Positions 32,860 to 44,305 are shown, numbered from the stretch's first letter. The stretch is 64,000 bases of DNA from an uncultured Methanosarcinaceae archaeon (GCA_963847185.1 CAWJYV010000002.1:32001-96000); one strand, 5' to 3'. Program-made: numbers and translations. Notes: generated by a model not told the origin, from the letters alone.

Positions 32860-33489
32860 TCAAACATACTTGAACAGATCATCCCTTTTCATTTCATGCA
32901 GCCTGTCCCGAAGCAGACTCTTTAAGGCTTTGAAGTCTCCTTTTTTGGCGCTAATCGGAGCTATCAAGTGCTTCCAGTTCTGCCATGGTGGCTCAAGTCC
33001 AAGACGGATAGAAACCTCATCAAGAAGAAGATCATACTCATTTTCTTTTACTTTGTCCATCTTGTTTGCAGCGATAATAGTGTCAATGCCTATTTCCCTC
33101 AGGAAATCAAACATCTCAATGTCTACAGGAATTTGATCCTTCAAGTCCCAGCGGTCAACTATTTGCGGGAAAACCGGACCGTCTATTACAAGGACCCCGA
33201 TTTTGATCCTTTCAGCATTTTTTTCGATATAGCGTATTGTTTGGTCTTTTACAATATCCTGCTTCCTGTCTTTTACTCCGCTCATGAACCCGAAACCCGG
33301 CATATCCGTGATCAGCAGGTCCGAAGCCTGGGCGTGTCTGGGACGCAGGGTAACACCTGGGCGTTTTCCTACCCTAACTTTTGCCCCGAAGAGCTCCCTC
33401 AGGAGAGAGGACTTGCCTACATTTGAACGTCCTACGAAAATAATTTCAAGGTTTATGCCGCTTTCAGCTGCAGTTTTAGTTGTTTCCAT
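32860..33489 (-). CDS. engB: GTP-binding protein EngB
   Basis: Motifs GRSNVGKSS, PGVT, DMPGFG, NKMD and ISAK. Confidence 0.93.
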   Translation of the reverse strand: METTKTAAESGINLEIIFVGRSNVGKSSLLRELFGAKVRVGKRPGVTLRPRHAQASDLLITDMPGFGFMSGVKDRKQDIVKDQTIRYIEKNAERIKIGVLVIDGPVFPQIVDRWDLKDQIPVDIEMFDFLREIGIDTIIAANKMDKVKENEYDLLLDEVSIRLGLEPPWQNWKHLIAPISAKKGDFKALKSLLRDRLHEMKRDDLFKYV

Positions 33490-33499
33490 TATATTTTAC

Positions 33500-33600
33500 C
33501 TCATTTGCCTCTCCGATCTTTCCCCGGGAATGTATACTGAAATCATAAGCACCTTTTCTCTCACGGTATTCGGCTGCAAGTCCCACTCCATTTTGAACAT
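33500..33600 (-). repeat. Degenerate copy of the DHH gene 3' end, with an internal deletion, immediately upstream of engB
   Basis: ctcatttgcctctccgat at 33500 matches 43285. tcataagcacc...cggtattcggctgcaa (33543-33579) matches 43461-43497. Confidence 0.85.
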
Positions 33601-33875
33601 AATACAGTTAGAACCTGCATCCTATTATTGCCGTGAATTTTAGAAGTAGATGATAATCAGGAAGGTCTTAAAGATGACATTTTGATGATAGAATACTTAG
33701 ATCCTATATAAAATTCCCTTACTTCTTAGTACCATACCTCCTCCAAGAATGATTCTAAGGCTATATGAAAGGTTCAAAAATCCAGCGAATAGTTTTGGTA
33801 TTCTTTGAAAGTCTCGTAAAGCCGTAAATATCCAGACTTAATACAGGAAAAAGTAAAAGATGGAATTACTGTTTT

Positions 33876-34244
33876 TTAAAAACTGAATAAATTAGTCTGT
33901 TTCCTCTCTTCCGGAATATTCCAGCCATTCAAATTAAAAATGTCTAACGCAATCCGTCTAGCTGTGATATTACCGTCTTCATATCTCTTAACTACATCCG
34001 GCCTTTCAGCCAGATAAATTAGAACGTTCCCATGACAAGGAGACGGAGAACACCAACACGCAAGAGTTTTATTATCAAGTGTTCCAAGGTCATTTAAGAG
34101 CCTGTTATTTTCTAGAAGATAGAAAACATATTTCCAAATTACGAGTAATCTACTCTTCTCAGAATTCATTTTGAAGGGGTTACCCCATTTAGATTTTCTA
34201 TCAACGCGTACATGCAGCCCAGGAACACAAGACGTATTATGCAT
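33876..34244 (-). CDS. DUF4326-like protein, a family common in viruses and integrated elements
   Basis: Motifs VRVDRKSKWGNPF and LDNKTLACWCSPSPCHGNVL. Confidence 0.8.
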   Translation of the reverse strand: MHNTSCVPGLHVRVDRKSKWGNPFKMNSEKSRLLVIWKYVFYLLENNRLLNDLGTLDNKTLACWCSPSPCHGNVLIYLAERPDVVKRYEDGNITARRIALDIFNLNGWNIPEERKQTNLFSF

Positions 34245-34270
34245 GTTTAGAAGAGTTGTCCCATTGATGT

Positions 34271-34633
34271 TTATCCCTCAGTCCCTTCGCGTCTCATATG
34301 GGTGGGTTGGCCTCCATGTGCTGCCTTCTCAAGCGCGTTTATCTGTTCTGCTAGCTCGTTAAGCTGTTCATGAAGAAAGATAAATTCAGCTGTTCGTTTC
34401 TGTAATTCATCTCCTTGATCTGTGTCCTTCTTTGATTCTTTTTCCAACTCTGCCAAATTCTTGATAATATAATCGCAAGTGGGATTCGGACAGGTCCAGC
34501 CAGATTTGACAAAACGTTGTTTCCCGTCTACTAATTCACGGATGTAATTTCTTTTAAGGTATTCACCACATTTCGGACATATTGGTTTAGGAGTTGCCCC
34601 CTTTTGTCCCTGCCTTCGTTTTGGTTCAGTCAT
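34271..34633 (-). CDS. Zinc-ribbon + coiled-coil protein
   Basis: CPKC...CPNPTC motif followed by a helical C-terminal segment. Confidence 0.7.
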   Translation of the reverse strand: MTEPKRRQGQKGATPKPICPKCGEYLKRNYIRELVDGKQRFVKSGWTCPNPTCDYIIKNLAELEKESKKDTDQGDELQKRTAEFIFLHEQLNELAEQINALEKAAHGGQPTHMRREGTEG

Positions 34634-34784
34634 TATTTACTCTCGTAAATTTTTCTTTACCATATCTCGTAAAGTCGTTTTTCTCTTCTGTTGCATTGCT
34701 TATTTCTTCTTCCCATAGGACTCAGTTATGTCCTCTTAAATCGCCTCTAATTCAATCCTAATTTTAGTAGATCTTACTAGCCAT

Positions 34785-34997
34785 TTAATCTAATTCAATT
34801 AAATTATGGATCAATAATAAGGCTGCTACCTCATTTAGTGTCAATTTAAGTTCTGACTTTCCATGAAATAATTCATCGTGGATCGCAATTAAATACCTTT
34901 TATTCGGCGGAATATACCAATAAGGATGTGATAAAACTCCATTTTCGTAGATTAATGCCAGTTCATCTATTTTAGCTAAAACAGTCTTTCGATCCAT
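34785..34997 (-). CDS. Small hypothetical protein (70 aa), the first gene of the integrated unit
   Basis: gaaggga RBS; a second, pseudogenised copy at 42985-43094 supports a real gene. Confidence 0.7.
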   Translation of the reverse strand: MDRKTVLAKIDELALIYENGVLSHPYWYIPPNKRYLIAIHDELFHGKSELKLTLNEVAALLLIHNLIELD

Positions 34998-35255
34998 AAT
35001 CCCTTCGGCTAATAATTCTTATGGTGTCTTAAGTTACTTTATAACTAATAAACGTCCTTTGACATTAAGTTTCTCTTTTGGATTAATATTTCTCCACTTA
35101 ATACAACACATTACTTGATTTCCCAAAAATAGAATTTTTCGTAACTATTCAGTTAACGGAGTTAACAAAAATTTTATATTACTTCTTTCAGAAAACAGGA
35201 GAATTTCTTTAAGTTAAGTTCAGGAAGAGAATAATAAAACTGCATCAAGGAGTCT

Positions 35256-35371
35256 TTATATCGCTTTCAGCTGCAGTTTTAGTTGTTTCCATCAATTTTC
35301 CATCATATCTTCCTCATTTGCCTCTCCTATCTTCTTATCAAAATCTCCTATCTTCTTATCAAAATCTCTGA
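35256..35371 (-). repeat. Second copy of the DHH 3' end / engB 5' end junction, including a 21-bp tandem duplication
   Basis: cgctttcagctgcagttttagttgtttccat at 35262 equals the engB start at 33459. ctcatttgcctctcc is at 35313, and tctcctatcttcttatcaaaa occurs twice. Confidence 0.88.
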
Positions 35372-35372
35372 C

Positions 35373-35487
35373 AGGCTGTCTGAGAATTATTGCCAGTAAT
35401 ACAAAAATGCTGAACAGAAAGCAAATATGACCTTAAAATCAAAAAAAAGGAATTCTGTAATTATCTCTGGTAATTGTCGGCCAGCCT
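35373..35487. mobile_element. MITE-like element (115 bp) with imperfect TIRs
   Basis: aggctgtctgagaatta matches the reverse complement of taattgtcggccagcct at 14 of 17 positions. Confidence 0.55.
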
Positions 35488-35803
35488 CTTTAGGGTGGGG
35501 TAGCCGTACGCAATTTGATTTTCTACAATAGCCTACTTGGGTTAACCTTGCGCTGACATACAAAACTGATTAATAAGCATGGGGGTACTACTGCACACTA
35601 AGGCTGACCAGATTAGAAATTAAATGAGAATATGCACAAGATGCATCCCAATTGCAGGAAATGTGCATCCAGTTCTTTACAGGAATATGGGTTTCTCAAG
35701 GCACGAAGCCTTTTCACTTCTTAGGATGGTATGGAAGCTGCCTGAAAGAAACCTGTAATACCGGATGTAAAATTGAGGGATTTACTACTTTGACCGTCGT
35801 CAC

Positions 35804-36895
35804 TTATTTCCCAAACAGATAGGGTGAGAGCTTAGCACTTATCAAAGCAGCTACGACACCAATAATTATCCAATCTAGATTCGTAGAAGGTTGTCTTAGT
35901 AACATAGATATTACAAAACTAAGTATACCAAACACAATTAAGGCAACAATAGCTACAGCAATTCCCTGTTCAAGCCAAGAAGATTCTTCTGTAGGAGTAG
36001 GAGATGATATATTTGGACTTTTAAACTGGCCGAAGGCAAAAGAACCATATCCTGTATTTACCGTGTCTGTAACTTTATTAGTGTCAGTGTCAATTACAGA
36101 AACAATGCCATCGGAGTTAACCACATACACTTTTGAGCCATCAGGATTAGCGATAACTTCAAAAGGATTGTTATCTACATCCACAGTGGCTGTAACTTTA
36201 TTAGTGCCAGTGTCAATTACAGAGACAGAGTTGCTGCCCCAGTTCGCCACGTATACATTTGTTCCATCTGGCGTAACTGTTAATCTGCAAGGAGTATCCC
36301 CTACCGTTACACCGGCTGTAATTGTGTTAGAAGCTATATCTATTAGAGAGACCGTGCCGTTTAAACAATTCGTTATGTATAGCATTTTCCCATCTGGAGT
36401 TATAGTAATTCCATGATGATGAGTATGTCCAACAGGTCTCTTATTCGTAACTTTATTCGATTTAGTATCAACTATATATATATTATAATCATTTTCGTCT
36501 TCATCTACTACGTATACATTTTTCCCGTCTGGACTGACTGCAATTTCCCCAGGGCTCTTTCCTACTTTTACTGTGGCTGTAACCTTATTGGTTGAAGTGT
36601 CAATCACAGAAATAGTGCCACTGCCAGTGTTTGCTACATATACTTTTTTTACATCTGGGCTGACTGCAATTCCAGAAGGATATTTTCCTACATCAATTGT
36701 AGTCGTAAACCTGTTGCTTGAAGTATCAAACACAGAGACAGTGTCGTTTTGTGGATTTGTAAAATACATATAGGAAGTTGCTGATGAGGTGTTCTGCGCA
36801 GAAGATACTGATACAGCAAAAGGACAAATAATTAAAAATAAAAGAAGGATCATTGAAACTAAAACGATTGAATATGGGCTTATTTCTTTCTTCAT
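35804..36895 (-). CDS. YVTN-type beta-propeller surface protein with 2 C-terminal TM helices
   Basis: Signal peptide; repeats of type PxGIAVSPDxxKVYVAN...VSVIDT; FGQF closure motif. Confidence 0.9.
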   Translation of the reverse strand: MKKEISPYSIVLVSMILLLFLIICPFAVSVSSAQNTSSATSYMYFTNPQNDTVSVFDTSSNRFTTTIDVGKYPSGIAVSPDVKKVYVANTGSGTISVIDTSTNKVTATVKVGKSPGEIAVSPDGKNVYVVDEDENDYNIYIVDTKSNKVTNKRPVGHTHHHGITITPDGKMLYITNCLNGTVSLIDIASNTITAGVTVGDTPCRLTVTPDGTNVYVANWGSNSVSVIDTGTNKVTATVDVDNNPFEVIANPDGSKVYVVNSDGIVSVIDTDTNKVTDTVNTGYGSFAFGQFKSPNISSPTPTEESSWLEQGIAVAIVALIVFGILSFVISMLLRQPSTNLDWIIIGVVAALISAKLSPYLFGK

Positions 36896-36920
36896 TTGCT
36901 CTCACACATCAATATGAATT

Positions 36921-37128
36921 TTTTCGATATTAGTATAATTAATCGAAGTATATACAAATTTAGTAACCATATTTTAAATGTATTCAATTAATCCATATTT
37001 TTATAAAAATTCTGAAAATATTCGTTTTCGATATTAGTATAATTAATCGAAGTATATACAAATTTAGTAACCATATTTTAAATGTATTCAATTAATCCAT
37101 ATTTTTATAAAAATTCTGAAAATATTCG
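36921..37128. repeat. Perfect 104-bp tandem duplication
   Basis: 36921-37024 and 37025-37128 read identically (ttttcgatattagtata...gaaaatattcg). Confidence 0.9.
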
Positions 37129-37236
37129 AATTTTGCAGCTATGACTTATTTCAGAGGTTAATGGAAGAAGCACTATTTGCAGCAGATGAATACAAGATTC
37201 TGATGTAGTGGAATAAGATCATAAGGTACCGAAGCT

Positions 37237-38280
<1,044 letters not shown>

Positions 38281-38625
38281 AAATTTTAAAGAAAAGTGAT
38301 AAGCATTTCACCCTAAATATCCATGTTTTGGAGAGGGTTAAAGCTGGGGAAAAATTAGTTTTGGAGGGGCAGATTAAGGATTAAGAGGGGTTAAATTTTA
38401 ATTATGGAGGTTAGGGGCTAAGTTTTAAGGTTAAGGGCTAAAGAGGAGAATCTACATTATATGCACCTAACCTTATGTACTATCTGACAGTCCCTGTTGA
38501 AATTTTTTACCTATGTCAAACCAAATTAGTTTTGACTCATTATAAGCTCTAATTACATTTGCTCTGGTGAGAAGCTATCAAGAATATATTCCATAATTAA
38601 TTTGCCATGACACTAGGCTTAATGA

Positions 38626-41600
38626 TTATCCTTGTTGTTCTATTCTCGCTCCGCGATCTAATAAGAATTGTAATAATGTTTGCTTTTCCTTTTGGTCCTG
38701 TCCAGAACATTTAATCTCTTGATAAAGCCCAGAAGCTCCCTCTATCTGCATATCCTGACAGTTCGTTTTTGAGATTAAGTTGGCTATACAATGTTGAATT
38801 TTTAGGTTTTCCGTATCTATTTCTAATATTTGAATCTTTGAATTATAAAGAATTGCGAGAAAACGACCGTCAAAACTAATCTTCTGATCTCGGATAAGTT
38901 GCTTAATTTCCAATAATGTAACCATTTTATTTTTATTTAGATCATGTAATGTCAATTTTGCACGGCCTGTCATTAATTCTTCCAATTCTCCCAATTCTTC
39001 TTCTATATCAATTATATAAGATCCGTCTGGACTCAAACTAAATCTATGTTCATGATTTTTAAAATCAAGTGAATAAATTGGTTCAAAATTAGGATAAGTC
39101 CAAACTAAAATCTTGCGATTTATATCTTCATATTTTTCAGAAAATCCATTATAAGTTATAGTTGCTCCAATGATATCCTGATTCGCGGTCATTTGAAGAT
39201 CATAAATGTTTTTTGCATCTTTTACAACAAAAGTGGAGATAAGATCTTGGTTTTCCCAGTTCCACGTTCTAATTTCTCCACCATATCCTGTTGACAATAC
39301 CAATTTTTCATCATTTATTGGATATGCCGCATTGCACCATCCAGGTTGAGCCTCAAATGAAGATAATTCAATACCACTTAAAGCATCCCAAATTTTGAGA
39401 ATTCCTGTTCCTCCATGACTTGATGAGATGTATCTTCCAGATAGTGAACAATATAGATTATTAGTCATCTTTACAGGCTCGCAATTTAATGATTTACCTG
39501 TCTTAACATCAAAAATAAGAATACTATCTTTATTAAATGAAGTAAGTGCGAAAAGGTCTGTATGAGTAATCTCGCAAATCATACCATATAAATCAGGATA
39601 GTCGATTTTAGTTTGAAAGGTAGAAATTAGTTGACCTGTTGATGCGTTCCAAATCCTAATGCTGCCATCACTTACATATGCTACTATACGTTTTCCATTA
39701 TTACACCAAGTGAAATCCCTTATTTCGGGGTCATCTATCCGAATCCCATCCAAAATGGAATTTTTTAGATTTGTGCGAAGTAATAAATTACCAGAGAGTT
39801 GAGAATTTGTTAAGTTACAATCATTCATTTTTGATTCAATCATGCTACATTGGTGAAAAAAAGAAAATGATAAATTGCTGCAATTAATATTGGCTCCATT
39901 CATATTACATCTTGTCAAATTAGAGTGAGATAAGTCACTCCCGATCATACATGAATTTTCAAAAGAGCAATCTGTGACTCTACACTCTTGAAGACATATT
40001 TTCTCAAGATTAGAAGATGTAAAATCACAATCCTCTAAATTTGCACCCTTTAATATAGTATTAGCTAAATCAATTCCTGCAAAAGATTTTCTTTTCGTTT
40101 GCATTAATGAAGCCGCATTTCCACCAGTGTAATTAATGGATTCCAAGCTTTTGTCACGTGTAAAATAAATTAGATTCAATAATTTTTCAGTAGAACTATT
40201 CGATAGCATCTCACGCAAAAATTTGTAGACTGCTCCCATCTGTTCATGTGTAAGAGGAATCAGACCAAAAACGTCTGTTAATTCAGTAATATTTTTTGCT
40301 TTAAAGGGTATAGAACATTTTTTTCCATCTGTTCCAAAATAAGTCTTCGAAAAAACTTCATCTAATATATCTAAATCTAATGTAAATTTCAATGCCACAA
40401 AATATTCAGCTAGGCTTTTATGTGCAAACTCATAATAACCAACAGCGTTTCGATGTAAAAGTGTTTGATTACGTAAATCAAAGTCCCAAGTGTCAAGTTC
40501 ATGCTGATCTTTTATACTTTTGCCAAAATAAGTTTGTATTCTTTCAGGGATTAATTTATAGTTAATACTCAAATTCCCGGTTTTGATCATCTCCCATGCC
40601 AACTCACACAAGAAATATAATTTATCAGTAGTTGTTGTAAATGTGCGCTTTGTCTCAATGTTGCGTAAAAGTAGCTTGTTAGTAGCATAAAGATAAACTT
40701 GGGCTTGGTTTTCTAGTATATCCTCATTTACTTCATCTAAAGCTGCTAGTAGCAACTCTATAAGAAGTGGTTTTCGTGCCATAGCAGCTAAGTTTTCTTG
40801 ATTCAATATCTTGTCGGCAACAATAGATCCCTGCTTATCTCCTCTCTGCTTGATAATAACATCACGTATTTGATCATCGTTAAAATGTTCCAAGTAAAGT
40901 ACCTCAAACTTAGGTGGAGACAATACAATAGTACTTCTCCCATACTCTTTTCCAGTTAGTATTTTTTCGGATTCTTTTGCCCACCTAAAGTACTCAGTTC
41001 TGCTAGTGAGTATCACTTTACTGTTATCATCTACCAATTCGGCTAATTCCCAAAAATTATCCACTACAGTTTGGTAATCCACCTGTCGAGCCATTTCATC
41101 GAAACCGTCTAAAATTAGAAGCAATTTCCCTTGACGATTCATTTCTTTAAAGGCATTGTAAGCGCTCCCAACAAACGGCAGTTTGTATTGTTCAAGCAAT
41201 GCATCATTTATCAGTTGTTGCACTGTAGTAGCTTTATTAAAATTACGCAGAGTGATTAGTAATGGGAGTCTTTGTTTAACCGGATCTTTAAGATAGCGAT
41301 TGAGCTGAATATAAGCATAGTGTCTACAGAACCAAGTTTTTCCAGTACCGAATTCGCCTAATAACGAAATATGGGTTTTTCCTCTCTCCATTAACCAGTC
41401 ATCTATATAGCTATCTAGACTCGAATATTCTTCCCTTGCCTCTCTTTCATCTTCAATTTTCTCTTTATAGCAACCAATATCAACGTACAGCTCTGGAATG
41501 TGTTCTTTTTCTACCAAAGATTTTAAGGTATCAAAATACTGTCCCCATACTTTTTGTCTCAAAAATTCGTTAAGTGTGAAAACTTCGAAAGCATTGTCTT

Positions 41601-42864
41601 CGCTAGCACGTACTCTAGCGCTTTGTGAAACACGTTTATCACTGATCAACCATCCCTGCGGGATTCTTCGATTGAGTAACCCATCTAGATCGTTTACGTC
41701 TTTCTCGCTAATCTCTCCCCCAATACATCTTATTAGCAAGTTCTGCTTAAAGGGATTAACCGTTTTGATATCTACAGTTCTTTCATCAGAACGGTTGAAC
41801 TCAATTACTTCAAATTTAATAACTTGTAGCCACATTTTGACTTCATCAGCCAGAGATATTAAAGGATCATTGCATTTTTGAAGATTCTCTAAAATGCCGG
41901 TTATTTCTATAGGTAATTTTTTCGAATAATTGTACTCTTCGACTTTCGAATCATTATCAATTAGAATTTGAATACTTTCTCTTGACAAAACATCCAATAA
42001 TACTTGGTTTTTGCTTTTAAAACCCTCGATGTATTCTTGCTGTATTAGTAAACCGTAGTTCCTCATGTCTTCTGGATGAAGTGCTATTTTCAGAAGTATG
42101 TGGTTTTTATCACTGAAGCTGATAGTAGTAAGGTTGTGAAGCCACCAATACAAACTACTGTGCGGATCAAATGAAAAATTTAATACAGTATCTATGGATA
42201 CTCGATTACTATCAATATCCAATTCGTCTGAAAAACGTAAGAGTGCAGCAACCAACTTTTTTCTCATTTCTATGTGGAGAGTAAAATTACTTGCACAGCT
42301 TGTTATTGGTAATTTGGAGTGATATTTGCACACATCCATTAAGTCTGAAATAAGAGTGTAGTGAACTGTTTGAATTGCAGGGCCAAGATTGGTTTTACCT
42401 GTTGTATATGCATATGAAATCCAAGCAGCAGATAGAAATTGGTGATTTTTTCGGATAGAGTTTTGTTCTTCAATGCTGTAGTTACTCGCAACTTTCGCAG
42501 TAAAATCTACTTCGAATTCTGCACCAAGTTTTTCTGCTTGCTCTTTTATTTGAGGAAACTTTACTACATCACACTGCATTCCTATATCATGTAAATAAAT
42601 GCCAGCAAGGAGAATATACATTTCATACTCAGTTAGTTCTTTACCGCCATTTACTTCTAATAATTTATCTGCAAAGCCTACTAGTCTTTCACAGTGTTTA
42701 TTTCCATGATCTGTATAATTTCGTACTATTCGTGGAGTATCTTCACTCCACAGTTTCTCCATAGATTCACGAATTAATCCCAGACTTGTGCGTAAATTTC
42801 TATTTTTAATGTATTTTTCGATGAGATCTACTTCAGCATCTGTGAACTCGGCCAAGAAAGACAA
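38626..42864 (-). CDS. HD domain + Mrr-like REase-fold domain + NACHT NTPase + pentapeptide repeats + WD40 (STAND/NLR-like)
   Basis: HD motifs YTDHGNKH, YLHDIGM, CKYH and LRFSDELD. Walker A GEFGTGKT, Walker B LLILDGFDE, VILTSR and FAHKSLAEYF. Pentapeptide repeats (LKGANLEDCDFTSSNL) and WD repeats (SDGSIRIWNASTG). Confidence 0.88.
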   Translation of the reverse strand: MSFLAEFTDAEVDLIEKYIKNRNLRTSLGLIRESMEKLWSEDTPRIVRNYTDHGNKHCERLVGFADKLLEVNGGKELTEYEMYILLAGIYLHDIGMQCDVVKFPQIKEQAEKLGAEFEVDFTAKVASNYSIEEQNSIRKNHQFLSAAWISYAYTTGKTNLGPAIQTVHYTLISDLMDVCKYHSKLPITSCASNFTLHIEMRKKLVAALLRFSDELDIDSNRVSIDTVLNFSFDPHSSLYWWLHNLTTISFSDKNHILLKIALHPEDMRNYGLLIQQEYIEGFKSKNQVLLDVLSRESIQILIDNDSKVEEYNYSKKLPIEITGILENLQKCNDPLISLADEVKMWLQVIKFEVIEFNRSDERTVDIKTVNPFKQNLLIRCIGGEISEKDVNDLDGLLNRRIPQGWLISDKRVSQSARVRASEDNAFEVFTLNEFLRQKVWGQYFDTLKSLVEKEHIPELYVDIGCYKEKIEDEREAREEYSSLDSYIDDWLMERGKTHISLLGEFGTGKTWFCRHYAYIQLNRYLKDPVKQRLPLLITLRNFNKATTVQQLINDALLEQYKLPFVGSAYNAFKEMNRQGKLLLILDGFDEMARQVDYQTVVDNFWELAELVDDNSKVILTSRTEYFRWAKESEKILTGKEYGRSTIVLSPPKFEVLYLEHFNDDQIRDVIIKQRGDKQGSIVADKILNQENLAAMARKPLLIELLLAALDEVNEDILENQAQVYLYATNKLLLRNIETKRTFTTTTDKLYFLCELAWEMIKTGNLSINYKLIPERIQTYFGKSIKDQHELDTWDFDLRNQTLLHRNAVGYYEFAHKSLAEYFVALKFTLDLDILDEVFSKTYFGTDGKKCSIPFKAKNITELTDVFGLIPLTHEQMGAVYKFLREMLSNSSTEKLLNLIYFTRDKSLESINYTGGNAASLMQTKRKSFAGIDLANTILKGANLEDCDFTSSNLEKICLQECRVTDCSFENSCMIGSDLSHSNLTRCNMNGANINCSNLSFSFFHQCSMIESKMNDCNLTNSQLSGNLLLRTNLKNSILDGIRIDDPEIRDFTWCNNGKRIVAYVSDGSIRIWNASTGQLISTFQTKIDYPDLYGMICEITHTDLFALTSFNKDSILIFDVKTGKSLNCEPVKMTNNLYCSLSGRYISSSHGGTGILKIWDALSGIELSSFEAQPGWCNAAYPINDEKLVLSTGYGGEIRTWNWENQDLISTFVVKDAKNIYDLQMTANQDIIGATITYNGFSEKYEDINRKILVWTYPNFEPIYSLDFKNHEHRFSLSPDGSYIIDIEEELGELEELMTGRAKLTLHDLNKNKMVTLLEIKQLIRDQKISFDGRFLAILYNSKIQILEIDTENLKIQHCIANLISKTNCQDMQIEGASGLYQEIKCSGQDQKEKQTLLQFLLDRGARIEQQG

Positions 42865-42984
42865 CTCCTACAGAGCTACTGTGTAGAATCTTATATATAC
42901 ATTATTAAATTTAGTTTTGTGTAGTTTTTGGGAATGGACAATTTTGTAGAATAGTCGAAAGATATAAGTTAACTTTTAGCCTTT

Positions 42985-43094
42985 TTTAAATTCCTTTTGT
43001 TCGGGGGGATATACAACTAAGGATGTGATAAGATTGCATTTTCAAAAATTAATGCTAATCCATCTATTTTGACCAAGACAGTCTTTCGGCCCAA
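42985..43094 (-). pseudogene. Truncated paralog of the 70-aa ORF at 34785-34997
   Basis: Reads MGRKTVLVKIDGLALIFENAILSHP*LYIPPNKRNL. About 81% identical over a 124-nt ungapped hand alignment to 34891-35014, with upstream similarity continuing to about 43187. Confidence 0.85.
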
Positions 43095-43285
43095 AATCCC
43101 TTCGAGTAATAGTCATTACACTTCTCCAAACTTCTTTTATAACTGATAAATACTATTAAGATTCTCTTTTGGATTAATGTTTTCTCTTTATATTCTTTTA
43201 TTAGCTCCTTTATCCAGTCTTTTAAAGTCGCCATTACGTTTAATCCTGGGAATGAATTTGGCAGGGAACTTATATCATATTTTAC

Positions 43286-44260
43286 TCATTTGCCTCTCCG
43301 ATTCTTTTTATCAAAAGCTCTGAGGAAAGACTGAAGGCGTTTTTCGGGGATACGGGCTCCTGCTGCAAGAGGATGTCCTCCTCCGCTTCCTCCGAACTTA
43401 GGAGCAACAGAGCGGAGCAGACGGTTTATGTCAATTTTCCCTCGGGAACGGATGCTGAGATCATAAGCACCTCTTCTCTCGCGGTATTCGGCTGCAATTC
43501 CAACTTCCTTTTGACCGTACGAGGCTGCATAGATTGCGGCTTTTGAAATGGAGTTATTCGTATTTACAATATAAGCGCTATTTTTCAGTACTTCGACATT
43601 TTCTTTAACAAAAATCCGGACCTTTTCCTCTTTAAGCGCAGCTTCCCTGGCAAGTTCAAGAAGGCCAGAGATGTTCGAAGGGATAATATCATTTGAAAGA
43701 GGAGAAAGCAGATCTCTTTTAAATTCGTAATCTCTCCCTTTGTGAATAATTGCCTGAATGAGAGTGCCTGCCTGGAAGTATAGACTTCTTTTGTCCCAAT
43801 CCCGAACCCAATTCTTTACATGAGGCGTGTTGTCACAGAAATCCCCAATAGCTCCGTAAATTGCTATCCTTCGCATGTCCCGGCTTAATTTCTTCTCAAA
43901 TACTCTGTAGGTCAGCTCGGAAGAGCATGTTTCAATATCATGGTAGAACCACTCTTCCTTCCTGCAGCTTTCCGGAAGCGGATGATGGTCAATGTAGTAA
44001 AGGTTGCATTTTTCAGCAAATTTATTTAGTACTGAATAGAGTTCTGAACAGTGCCGTTCATCAATTGCAATATCGCAGACAATGAGGGTTTCCACGTCTT
44101 CTATAAGATTTAATTTGTCAAGAAGATTGACAGGGCTGGTAAAATATACATATGCGTCCGGATAAGCTGTTTTTGCAATTGCACCGGAGCAAATCCCATC
44201 CGAATCTCCATGGGTAAAAATCAGAGTTTTCTCATTGAGCCGATTCTGGATGTCTTTCAT
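43286..44260 (-). CDS. DHH-family phosphoesterase with a DHHA1 domain
   Basis: Motifs HGDSDG, CDIA, IDHH and GGGHPLAAG. The last codons probably carry a +1 indel, since the duplicated copies read KKIGEANE. Confidence 0.9.
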   Translation of the reverse strand: MKDIQNRLNEKTLIFTHGDSDGICSGAIAKTAYPDAYVYFTSPVNLLDKLNLIEDVETLIVCDIAIDERHCSELYSVLNKFAEKCNLYYIDHHPLPESCRKEEWFYHDIETCSSELTYRVFEKKLSRDMRRIAIYGAIGDFCDNTPHVKNWVRDWDKRSLYFQAGTLIQAIIHKGRDYEFKRDLLSPLSNDIIPSNISGLLELAREAALKEEKVRIFVKENVEVLKNSAYIVNTNNSISKAAIYAASYGQKEVGIAAEYRERRGAYDLSIRSRGKIDINRLLRSVAPKFGGSGGGHPLAAGARIPEKRLQSFLRAFDKKNRRGK

Positions 44261-44305
44261 GTTTTACTTCCTTTTTGTTGAGAGCCTTTGATTCCTTTCC
44301 TGTAG

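Noticed and set aside
43017-43019. In-frame TAG in the paralog of the 70-aa ORF considered as a pyrrolysine codon
   Set aside because: The intact copy has TAT (Tyr) at this position and the paralog is truncated soon after, so it is a nonsense mutation.
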